Shown here in pieces: positions 22,270 through 30,632 of a stretch of DNA of 49,635 bases. The notes beneath the pieces are model-generated. The model did not search any database. It saw nothing but the letters and a program-made list of their open reading frames with translations, and was not told where the DNA came from. A program made the translations under genes and the position numbers. Origin of the DNA: Patescibacteria group bacterium (GTDB lineage Bacteria; Patescibacteriota; Patescibacteriia; UBA9934; GWF2-40-263); NCBI GenBank assembly GCA_018814025.1, contig JAHJAM010000014.1:1-49635 (forward strand), in the 5' to 3' direction. The first letter of the stretch is position 1; every line of letters starts with the position of its first letter.

Positions 22270-22823
22270 CAGATCATATGAAGAGATTATTGGAAAAAAT
22301 AAAACGAGTTGCAAGAGTATCTGAAAGTGTGGCCTCTGATTTGTTGGTGGAGTTAGATTATTACCTTGATGGAATCGGAAAGATGAAATCCGTTATTTTC
22401 GCATGTAATCCTCAAGGGCTTGAGATGTTCAATGAAATAAAGGCAGTACAGGAACGGAGAAGGATCAGGGAGGCTGTACGTCTATTAGAGCAAAAGAAAC
22501 TGATCAAGATAAAAAAGAAAGCGAAAAGAATTGAACTTTCCTTAACAAAAAAGGGGAAATTAGAATCTGTCCGACATCAAATTATTTCAGAAGATCGACA
22601 GCTACCCAAAGACGAAGTGTGTATTGTGGTCTTTGATATTCCAGAACATGTCCGCAAGATTCGCGATGAGCTACGTTGGTTTCTAAAAAGTGCGGGTTTC
22701 GTACAATTACAGCGCAGCGTATGGATTACCACTGCCGATACGATAAGACCACTAAATATTCTATTGAAAGAGATGAAAGTTAACAATTGGATTTATATTT
22801 TCCAGGGTAGATCAGTAATTTGA
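22263..22823 (+). CDS. PaaX-like/Cas2-like protein, copy 2
   Basis: LTKKG wing motif, IVVFDIPE..RKIRDELR..L...GFVQLQRSVW; AT-rich. Confidence 0.85.
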   Translation: MPSDHMKRLLEKIKRVARVSESVASDLLVELDYYLDGIGKMKSVIFACNPQGLEMFNEIKAVQERRRIREAVRLLEQKKLIKIKKKAKRIELSLTKKGKLESVRHQIISEDRQLPKDEVCIVVFDIPEHVRKIRDELRWFLKSAGFVQLQRSVWITTADTIRPLNILLKEMKVNNWIYIFQGRSVI

Positions 22824-22826
22824 GCA

Positions 22827-22860
22827 TACGGTAAACTTCACGATCGTAAAGTTTACCGTA
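22827..22860. repeat. 34-bp palindrome B2 with one mismatch (right flank of gene 2)
   Basis: TACGGTAAACTTCACGA|TCGTAAAGTTTACCGTA, 3 nt after the stop codon. Confidence 0.92.
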
Positions 22861-22953
22861 CGATGATTTTGTAGGGTTTGAATCCCCATGGGTGGTGCAT
22901 TGAGAATAGATTGTACACACGGGTTTAAATTCTTGACCGAAAGCGACAGCTAG

Positions 22954-22982
22954 AAAAAACTCGGGCCAATGGCCCGAGTTTT
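22954..22982. terminator. Bidirectional terminator
   Basis: AAAAAACTCGGGCC-AAT-GGCCCGAGTTTT. Confidence 0.8.
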
Positions 22983-22994
22983 ACTGTTGATCAT

Positions 22995-23483
22995 TTACGC
23001 CAGCCACGGATACTTTTTCACCAGTGTTTGCTTTTGCCATTTCTTTCCCAATCCCAGATACATGCCCGCATCCACATAAACCAGCATGAGCAAGATCAAA
23101 GCATTCAATACATGCTCGTCGAAGAATGGATTATGTTCAGGTGGAATAAATCCAGCCAAATACATCAGTGCGAACATTAAGACTCCAGCATAACCAGCAA
23201 CTTTAACTCCTATACCCAGAATCAAAGCCACACCGATTCCTAAAAGCCCCAGCATAAACAACCAATCCACAATCGGATTGCCAGCCAGGCTTTGGAAAAT
23301 ATCCGCAAACGGGCCTTTAGTGCCATAAGTTAAGAAGCCAGTAGTAGGGGAGCCACCCGCAATCCAAGCCTGATCTGCTGGTGTTGCAAAACCCCAACCG
23401 AACATCTTGTCTAAAAATGACCACAGAAACACCCAACCCATTCCCAGGCGGATAATTCCAAATAATAATTTATCTTTTTTCAT
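22995..23483 (-). CDS. DoxX/DoxD-family membrane protein
   Basis: RLGMGWVFLWSFLDK..GGSPTTGFL..DWLFMLGLLGIG..NPFFDEH. Confidence 0.85.
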   Translation of the reverse strand: MKKDKLLFGIIRLGMGWVFLWSFLDKMFGWGFATPADQAWIAGGSPTTGFLTYGTKGPFADIFQSLAGNPIVDWLFMLGLLGIGVALILGIGVKVAGYAGVLMFALMYLAGFIPPEHNPFFDEHVLNALILLMLVYVDAGMYLGLGKKWQKQTLVKKYPWLA

Positions 23484-23682
23484 AAAATAGCTATTGAATA
23501 ATAATTTCATTATACAGTGAAACCAATATATTCCCTACAGGGGAATAACTGATTTTAAGTGGTTGACAAAGCCAAAAAAAATCTGTAAACTCAATTTATA
23601 AATTGCGTGCAAAGAACGCGGCCATGGGCCGTTTTTTTATTTGCCTCCAACTGTATCCATTTTTGATGCCAGGCTTTCAATT

Positions 23683-25821
23683 ATGCTCAAACTTTTAAAA
23701 ACTCACTTCGGTTATGATTCCTTCCGGCCGTTGCAAAAGGAAATTATTGACACAGTTCTCTCCGGCCAGGACACTCTTGTCCTAATGCCAACCGGGGGAG
23801 GGAAGTCTTTGTGTTTCCAATTACCAGCCCTGGCTTTGCCCGGCCTCGCCCTCGTTATTTCCCCACTAATTGCCCTAATGAAGGACCAAGTAGATACATT
23901 GTGCGCCAACGGCATCTCAGCTGCATTAATTAACAGTTCAATCACCCCCAAAGAACAGGCGCAAGTCATGCAACGCGCCTCTGCCGGTGATCTCAAAATC
24001 CTCTACCTCGCCCCAGAACGTCTTGGGTCATACGGTTTTTCCGAATTCCTCGATTCGCTCAATGTCAGCCTCATCGCCATCGATGAAGCCCATTGTATTT
24101 CAGAATGGGGCCATGATTTTCGCCCGGAATACCGCAACCTTTGGCATCTGCGCAAAAAACTTTCAAAAGCCCCAGTCATCGCCCTCACTGCCACCGCCAC
24201 CCCGCGCGTGCGCCGAGATATTTTAAGCCAGCTGGGAATGGAACAAGCATCAGTTTTTGTCTCAAGTTTCAATCGGGCCAACCTTCATTACAGCGTCCGT
24301 CCCAAATACCAAGCTTTTGATCAACTGGTTGAGCTTTTACAATCACACAAAGACGAATCAATCATTGTGTACTGTTTCTCGCGTAAGAACACAGAGGAAA
24401 CAGCCAAAAAACTCACTCAAGCCGGTTTGCCAGCCTTGCCTTATCACGCCGGTCTTAACAAAGACGTCCGACAACAAACCCAAGAGCGGTTCATTCGCGA
24501 CGAAGTCCCGATCATTGTGGCCACCATTGCTTTTGGCATGGGAATCGATAAACCCGATGTGCGCTTGGTCGTTCACTTGGATCTGCCCAAAACCATCGAA
24601 AGCTACTATCAAGAAACCGGTCGTACCGGCCGCGATGGCTTGCCTGGTGAATGCATTCTATTTTATTCATATGCTGATCGACGAAAGCATGAGTTCTTCA
24701 TCAATCAAATCGAAGAACCCGACGAACGAGCCCAGGCCATGCGCAAGCTCGAAGACATGATTATCTATTGCCAAACACCAGCTTGTCGCCGTTTTTGTTT
24801 GTTAACCTATTTCGGTGAAGATCATCAAGCCACCACTTGCGATGCTTGTGATAATTGCCTTAACCCGCCGGTTGAATATGTTGATGCGACCGAAATTTCC
24901 CAGAAAATCCTCTCAGCCGTTCTGCGGACAGGGGAGCGATTCGGTATGGCTCATGTTTGTGATGTTCTGCGCGGTTCAAAGAAAAAGCGAGTTATCGAAT
25001 TAGGCCACCATCAACTCTCAGTCTTTGGCATCGCCAAAAACCTCCCCATACCCGCTTTGCGCGAATACATCGAGGGTTTAAAAAAACTCAGCTACTTACA
25101 ACAAAATTTAGGAGAATATCCAACTCTCCAAGTCACCATCAAAGGAAAACAAGCCCTAATCAAAAACGAATCAATCCTCTTACCACCACTGACAGTGATT
25201 AAAAAAGTTCTCACCCGCCCATCCGGAACAACTCTTGAATACAATCTCGAAACATTCGAAAAACTCCGCGCCCTGCGCAAACAAATCGCCGACCAACAAA
25301 ACGTCCCGCCCTTCGTCATCTTCGGCGATAAAACTCTTCACGAAATGGCCTATTACTTACCATCAACGCTCGAAGCCTTCTCGCATCTCTTTGGTGTAGG
25401 AAAACAAAAACTCGAAGCCTTCGGACAACAATTCATCGACTGCATCGCCATCCAAACAGCTGAACAAAATCTCAAAGAAAAACCAGTACCAAGAAAAGCC
25501 TCACTCTCAATCACCAACTCACCCCCACAAACCAGCTCAACTCTTAATGAAACAAAAGAACTCTTAGAACAAAAACTTTCCATCAAGGAGATCGCCAAAC
25601 AAAGAGGATTAAGCCCAGGCACCATCATCCAACACCTTGAAAAACTCCTCCAAGCAGACGAACTCCCAGACATCACTCACCTAAAGCCGAAAGACAAAGA
25701 TTTCCAAAAAATCCAAAAAGCCTTCAACAAATCAAAAAACAAAACCCTAACCGCCATCTTCAAACAACTAGACGAGGAGTATTCCTACGATGAATTACGC
25801 CTAGCTAGAATATTCCTATAG
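23683..25821 (+). CDS. recQ: ATP-dependent DNA helicase RecQ (RQC, HRDC and C-terminal HTH domains)
   Basis: FGYDSFRP, PTGGGKS, DEAHC, TATAT, QETGR, CDACDNC, VPPFVIFGD. Confidence 0.95.
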   Translation: MLKLLKTHFGYDSFRPLQKEIIDTVLSGQDTLVLMPTGGGKSLCFQLPALALPGLALVISPLIALMKDQVDTLCANGISAALINSSITPKEQAQVMQRASAGDLKILYLAPERLGSYGFSEFLDSLNVSLIAIDEAHCISEWGHDFRPEYRNLWHLRKKLSKAPVIALTATATPRVRRDILSQLGMEQASVFVSSFNRANLHYSVRPKYQAFDQLVELLQSHKDESIIVYCFSRKNTEETAKKLTQAGLPALPYHAGLNKDVRQQTQERFIRDEVPIIVATIAFGMGIDKPDVRLVVHLDLPKTIESYYQETGRTGRDGLPGECILFYSYADRRKHEFFINQIEEPDERAQAMRKLEDMIIYCQTPACRRFCLLTYFGEDHQATTCDACDNCLNPPVEYVDATEISQKILSAVLRTGERFGMAHVCDVLRGSKKKRVIELGHHQLSVFGIAKNLPIPALREYIEGLKKLSYLQQNLGEYPTLQVTIKGKQALIKNESILLPPLTVIKKVLTRPSGTTLEYNLETFEKLRALRKQIADQQNVPPFVIFGDKTLHEMAYYLPSTLEAFSHLFGVGKQKLEAFGQQFIDCIAIQTAEQNLKEKPVPRKASLSITNSPPQTSSTLNETKELLEQKLSIKEIAKQRGLSPGTIIQHLEKLLQADELPDITHLKPKDKDFQKIQKAFNKSKNKTLTAIFKQLDEEYSYDELRLARIFL

Positions 25822-25857
25822 AAATCAAAACACCTCCGCCAATTGGCGAAGGTGTTT

Positions 25858-25932
25858 TGGTGACCCCACGGGGAATCGAACCCCGATTTCCAGGATGAGA
25901 ACCTGGCGTCCTAACCGTTAGACGATGGGGCC
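25858..25932 (-). tRNA. tRNA-Glu(CTC)
   Basis: GGCCCCATCGTCTAACGGTTAGGACG, anticodon arm CCAGG-TTCTCAT-CCTGG, GGTTCGATTCC, CCA end. Confidence 0.97.
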
Positions 25933-26151
25933 AGAATTATAGCTATGTTCTGGCTTTGGTTGTATTTTTTTGGTTGCATCGCAAGCGTCTCCGGCCAAGC
26001 CGGACCCGGCTCCGCCGGGCTAACCGTTAGACGATGGGGCCAGAATTATAGCTATGTTCTGGCTTTGGTTGTATTTTTTCGGTTGCATCGCAAGCGTCTC
26101 CGGCCAAGCCGGACCCGGCTCCGCCGGGCTAACCGTTAGACGATGGGGCCA
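25911..26151. repeat. Tandem 109-bp repeat (about 2.2 units) carrying the tRNA-Glu 5' end and a REP-like hairpin
   Basis: CTAACCGTTAGACGATGGGGCC at 25911, 26020 and 26129; the two full units differ at one base. Confidence 0.92.
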
Positions 26152-26309
26152 AAGGCTTGTGGCGCAATAATAACAAATCTATTGGATAAATCAAGAATTT
26201 ATCTCGATAATTTATCTATCCTTAGCCAAAACTCTTGACAAAATCAAAAAAAACAGGTACGTTTAACCGTCGTACCTTCCAACCAAAACCACTTCGAGAG
26301 AGGTGATAA

Positions 26310-26840
26310 ATGTCCAACGAACCCGGGATCGAAGGTGAATTCTTCGGTCAAAATATTAAGTCCGGTCAAATCGAGAGTATCTACCACGTGGACGAATCAG
26401 AAATTCAGGGAACCTTCTTTCCAGTTGTGCGTTTCATCATCCTTGCACTGATGCTCTTTGCCGGCAGCTTCTACGGCGCCCTGCGTTTGACTATATATAT
26501 TTTGAGGGCAGAGCCCGGCAGCCAGATCGTCTCCTTGGCCGATCCTATCGCCCTTCAGGCTTTGGTGAAGAGTGATCAAGCCGGCGACGGATCACCGGCC
26601 GGCGCTTATCTTCTGCATCTGTCACTTCAACGAAAAGCTGGCGGGGCTGATCAACCCATGATCATCGCTTATCACAGCATCGTTGAAACCACCTTGATCA
26701 AAGATAACCATGGTCAGTGCTATCTGATGTTCTATGATCTGGCGTTCAAGGGCTATACTCTGGAAGAGCAGACGGATGACCCCGGCCTGCACAGTGATGT
26801 TTACGGCCTGGTCAAAGTGCCATGTTCAGGAGGAAAATAA
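26310..26840 (+). CDS. Hypothetical single-pass membrane protein
   Basis: GAGGTG SD, one TM helix, TTGACA upstream. Confidence 0.7.
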   Translation: MSNEPGIEGEFFGQNIKSGQIESIYHVDESEIQGTFFPVVRFIILALMLFAGSFYGALRLTIYILRAEPGSQIVSLADPIALQALVKSDQAGDGSPAGAYLLHLSLQRKAGGADQPMIIAYHSIVETTLIKDNHGQCYLMFYDLAFKGYTLEEQTDDPGLHSDVYGLVKVPCSGGK

Positions 26841-26842
26841 TC

Positions 26843-26935
26843 ATGTATATCACCAATCGAGTGATTGTGGCAGCGCTCTGGCAGCAATTCAAACTCTTCC
26901 TAACCGGGGTTGTCTGGCTGTTCGGGGTTTTCTGA
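26843..26935 (+). CDS. 30-aa hydrophobic peptide (not in ORF track)
   Basis: AGGAGG SD, MYITNRVIVAALWQQFKLFLTGVVWLFGVF*, then terminator at about 26980-27014. Confidence 0.5.
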   Translation: MYITNRVIVAALWQQFKLFLTGVVWLFGVF

Positions 26936-27074
26936 CTGGCCTATCATCTGATCATCCAGTTGGGATGAATTCGAGCTCAACCGCCTCGCGCACCTCGTGC
27001 CAGGCGGTTTTTTTCTTGACTTTTTTTGCATTCGGCATAGATTTGATAGTCGACAGCCACCCGAAGGAGGACGC

Positions 27075-27465
27075 ATGAGCTTTCCCACGGTCGAATGTGT
27101 GCACAATGGTTTGCAAATGACTTTTTTCACACGTTTGAAAATCGTGATGACTCATCTGGGTTTGCCGCTTCTGGCGCTGTGTTTGTTCCTTTGTCTTGGG
27201 TGTAGCTGGTCTGAAGCTGCTATCCTCCGCTAATCAATCACCCAATGCCGCCTTCCTCGACATCAACCACACTGATCGGACACTGCAACAGAGAGGCGCG
27301 ATTTACAAGTACTGCTTTCCGCAAAAGGCAGATTCGCTCAATCGGATGCCGCACCAGTGCTTCTTTCATGGGATCTTCGTTAGCCCAGATACCGGCGACT
27401 GTTTCTCCGTGATCATCCAGCCTGATGATTCTCGGTCAATTATTCCAACCTTCTGCGAGGACTGA
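27075..27465 (+). pseudogene. Probable frameshifted single-pass membrane protein
   Basis: AAGGAGG SD, ATG 27075; frame stops at 27233 while an overlapping +1 frame (27196-27465) stays open. Confidence 0.45.
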
Positions 27466-27557
27466 CTCCTTCTCTCAACCGCCCGCGCATCTGCGCCCGC
27501 GGTTTTTCTTTTCTCTAGCTCCTTTAGCTCCCATAATACTTCTGCTATAATATCCCT

Positions 27558-29240
27558 ATGCTTCTGGAGGAAATATTTTTTGAAATTGGCGCGATCATCA
27601 TTATTGCGGCCGTCATCTCCATGCTGGCTCATCGTTTCCGCCAGCCCTTGATCATCGCCTACATTTTAGCCGGGCTGCTGATCGGTCCGAGTGTTTTTGC
27701 GCTGACCCGTTCCAGCGAATTTTTTGATGTCATGGCCGAATTCGGCGTGGCTTTTTTGCTGTTCACCGTGGGTCTGGGATTGAATTGGCGCTCTTTGCGC
27801 GAAGTGGGCTGGATCGCCCTGGGCGCGGGCACGGTTCAAGTGCTCTTCTCCATGCTGTTGGGCTTTTTGCTTTCGCAATATTTCGATTTTGATTTCATCA
27901 CCAGTCTGTATTTATCCATTGCTTTCGCTTTTTCCAGCACCATCGTGGTCGTGAAATTGTTAATGGATAAGAATGATTTGGACACGCTCTACGGCCGCAT
28001 CAGCGTCGGCTTCCTGTTGATTCAAGATTTCATCGCCATGTTCGTCTTGCTCAGCCTCGGTTCCTTGTCCACGGGCGCGGGTGCCGTGGATATCATCACC
28101 CAATCGCTCTTCAAGGCCTTGATCGTCATCCCGGTTCTCTGGTTCACCTCCGTAAAAATCGTGCCGCCTTTGGTGCGCTACGCGGCCCGTTCCCAAGAAT
28201 TGTTGTTTATTTTTTCCCTGGCTTGGTGCTTTCTCATTACCGGCGGCTTTGTCTGGGCCGGCTTCGGTGTGGAACTGGGCGCCCTGATCGCGGGTGTAAC
28301 TTTATCCGGCACCTTGTATCAGCGCGAGATCAGCGCCCGCATTCGGCCGCTGCGCGATTTTTTCTTAGTCATTTTCTTTATCAAATTAGGCACAAACTTG
28401 GGCTTGGAAACCTTGGGTGTTTCAATTCTGCCGATTATCGCTTTTTCCTTGATTATTTTGCTGAGCAAGCCTTTGATCGTCTTGCTCATTATGCGCCTCA
28501 CCGGCTATCACCCGCGCACCGGCTTCCTGGCCGGTTCTGCCATTGCCCAAATCTCCGAGTTCTCCTTTATCGTCTTGGCCGCGGGCATGTCCCTGGGGCA
28601 TATTTCCAATGACACCATGGTGCTGGCTACTTCCGTGGCCTTGATTACCATCAGCGTCAGCTCTTACACTATCGTCCATAACGAAACCATTTATGAAAAA
28701 ATTCAAGCCTTTTTCCAATGGTTCGCGCCCCAGAAAACTCATCCCGCGGAACGAAAACGCCTGCCGGCCAGTGCCAAGATTATTTTGTTCGGTTATGAGG
28801 ACATCGGCCAGCAGATTCTGCCCAGCCTGAAAAAAATGAAACTAGCTTATGCCATTGTTGATTTTGATCCGCAAACCGTGCACGAGCTGGAGCGGAAAAA
28901 CGAGCCGGTGATCTACGGCGATGCCGGCGATGATAATTTCTTAACCGAAATCCAAGCCGATCAAGCGCGATTAATCATCTCCACCATTCCGGACGCCGTG
29001 ATCAGTCTTGAGTTGTTGGCTTTTCTGAAAGCCCATGATTATCGCGGCACGGCCATCGTGGCCACGCATAACGTGGCGGAAGCGCACAAATGCTATCAAG
29101 CCGGCGCCACTTACGTGATTGTCCCGCGCATCTTAACCGGCGAGCGGCTCAAGCAATTGTTCAAAGACAAGCGCGCGCTCAAGACTCAATGGAAACGCCT
29201 GGCCGCGGATGAGCAACAATTCCTCTCCCGGGTAAAATAA
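27558..29240 (+). CDS. CPA2-family cation/proton antiporter with TrkA-N (KTN) domain (KefB/KefC-like)
   Basis: QPLIIAYILAG, FSSTIVVVK, QD, AQISEFSF, YGDA. Confidence 0.9.
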   Translation: MLLEEIFFEIGAIIIIAAVISMLAHRFRQPLIIAYILAGLLIGPSVFALTRSSEFFDVMAEFGVAFLLFTVGLGLNWRSLREVGWIALGAGTVQVLFSMLLGFLLSQYFDFDFITSLYLSIAFAFSSTIVVVKLLMDKNDLDTLYGRISVGFLLIQDFIAMFVLLSLGSLSTGAGAVDIITQSLFKALIVIPVLWFTSVKIVPPLVRYAARSQELLFIFSLAWCFLITGGFVWAGFGVELGALIAGVTLSGTLYQREISARIRPLRDFFLVIFFIKLGTNLGLETLGVSILPIIAFSLIILLSKPLIVLLIMRLTGYHPRTGFLAGSAIAQISEFSFIVLAAGMSLGHISNDTMVLATSVALITISVSSYTIVHNETIYEKIQAFFQWFAPQKTHPAERKRLPASAKIILFGYEDIGQQILPSLKKMKLAYAIVDFDPQTVHELERKNEPVIYGDAGDDNFLTEIQADQARLIISTIPDAVISLELLAFLKAHDYRGTAIVATHNVAEAHKCYQAGATYVIVPRILTGERLKQLFKDKRALKTQWKRLAADEQQFLSRVK

Positions 29241-29313
29241 ACCGCTCCTCCGAGCGGTTTATTTTTTTACCCTACCTACTTTTACCCTACCTACTCTGCT
29301 ATAATATCAGCGT

Positions 29314-30492
29314 ATGATCCTGGGGAAAATCAATCAGCCAGACAGGGGATTATTTGCTTTGGTCTCGGCCCCGGCCGAACAGCCGGGCGTACCCGGTCAA
29401 ATCATCAAGATAATTTTGGATCAGCTTGGCCCGAATTTAGACCAAGCTCTGTTAAATTTGACCGCTCGGCCGGAAGTGGATGCCCAGCAGTATCTCAATG
29501 ACGCGTTTCAGGCGGCCGCAGAACAGGTAACTAGTTTGTTTCGGTCTTATCACCAGTCCCGCGATCTTTCCGTGGTCATGGCCAAGGCCAACCATCTGGG
29601 CGGTGAGAAGTTTCGCGTGCTCTTGACCAACTTGGGCGACCACCAGGTGTATTTTCAAGAACCAGACCGTTCGTTATTTCGCATCCCTGACCAGGCTCCG
29701 GACATTATCACGGCCACGCTCACGCCCGGCCATCGGCTGATCCTGACTACCCGAAGCATTCGTGAACACTTAACCGAGAGCGAATTGGCTAAGTTGATTT
29801 CCCGCATGCCCCATTCCGATGCTACGGCCGAACACTTGGTTTTGCGCCATCTTGAACCAAGGGAAGGGGACAAAGGAATCTTAATCTGGACCGCCAAATC
29901 TTTTACGCCTCAAGGTCTAGAACGGATTCCGGAAACTGAAAGAGGAATTCCCGTTTCCGTGCGCTTAGCCCGATTAAACGATCAACTTCAAGGGGTAGTC
30001 GAACAACTTTCTAAGCCGCATCCGGCTCTTGAGCGTCTGCGGTTGGAAATGGCCAAAGCCAATTTAGAATATTGGCTGGCTTTCACTTTGCGTGAAGCCA
30101 TTGCCGCCAAGCTGCCGCCGATTTTGTCCGCCGGCGATCTGGTGCACCTGCCCGAATCCGCCGCGGACGAAAACGTCATCTATGCTTTTAATCCGGCTGA
30201 CCATTCGTATCTGATCCGCCAAAGCCGCCGCCGCGGCCACCGGCATGATCATCATGTTCAAGATCTGGCCGTGGATCGTTTCACTTTGGAAAGCTGGCAA
30301 ACCCCGCGCCTGACCGACCAGCAAGCGGCTCTATTGGCTCGGGCCATGCAAGCTCTGAACCAAATGAAATCCAGCCATCAAGATTATCAGCAAAAAAAGC
30401 GCACACACGACCTGTTCTTGCGCCAATCCCAGGACTTGCAATGGGAAAACCGTCGCCGCGCCATGCGGCAAAAGGTGAGCGACATTTATTAG
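29314..30492 (+). CDS. Hypothetical protein with degenerate PP2C-like N-terminal domain
   Basis: LTNLGDHQVY resembles ANVGDSRAY; LILTTRSI replaces LLLCSDGL. Confidence 0.6.
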   Translation: MILGKINQPDRGLFALVSAPAEQPGVPGQIIKIILDQLGPNLDQALLNLTARPEVDAQQYLNDAFQAAAEQVTSLFRSYHQSRDLSVVMAKANHLGGEKFRVLLTNLGDHQVYFQEPDRSLFRIPDQAPDIITATLTPGHRLILTTRSIREHLTESELAKLISRMPHSDATAEHLVLRHLEPREGDKGILIWTAKSFTPQGLERIPETERGIPVSVRLARLNDQLQGVVEQLSKPHPALERLRLEMAKANLEYWLAFTLREAIAAKLPPILSAGDLVHLPESAADENVIYAFNPADHSYLIRQSRRRGHRHDHHVQDLAVDRFTLESWQTPRLTDQQAALLARAMQALNQMKSSHQDYQQKKRTHDLFLRQSQDLQWENRRRAMRQKVSDIY

Positions 30493-30504
30493 CAAAATCA
30501 ATAG

Positions 30505-30545
30505 TTGACATCAAATAATTAGCACTCTATAATTGAGAGTGCTAA
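30505..30545 (+). promoter_or_regulatory. Consensus sigma70 promoter with a perfect CIRCE operator
   Basis: TTGACA(30505)-17-TATAAT(30528); TTAGCACTC-N9-GAGTGCTAA at 30519-30545. Confidence 0.95.
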
Positions 30546-30632
30546 TTTTGTTAGTGGTAACTTGTTACTTAGTACTGGGAAAAAATTTTTCCCAAACCCA
30601 GTTCCCAGTTGCCAGTTACTAGTCTCCACCCT

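Noticed and set aside
14060-22860. CRISPR-Cas locus suggested by Cas2-like genes and 32-36-bp repeats
   Set aside because: Only two repeats per site, separated by a whole gene; no spacer array, cas1 or effector genes in the window.
25945-26139. 64-aa ORF with an internal repeat
   Set aside because: By-product of the 109-bp tandem repeat.
25911-26151. CRISPR array (22-bp repeat x3)
   Set aside because: The 87-bp spacers are near-identical to each other and the repeat is the tRNA-Glu 5' end.
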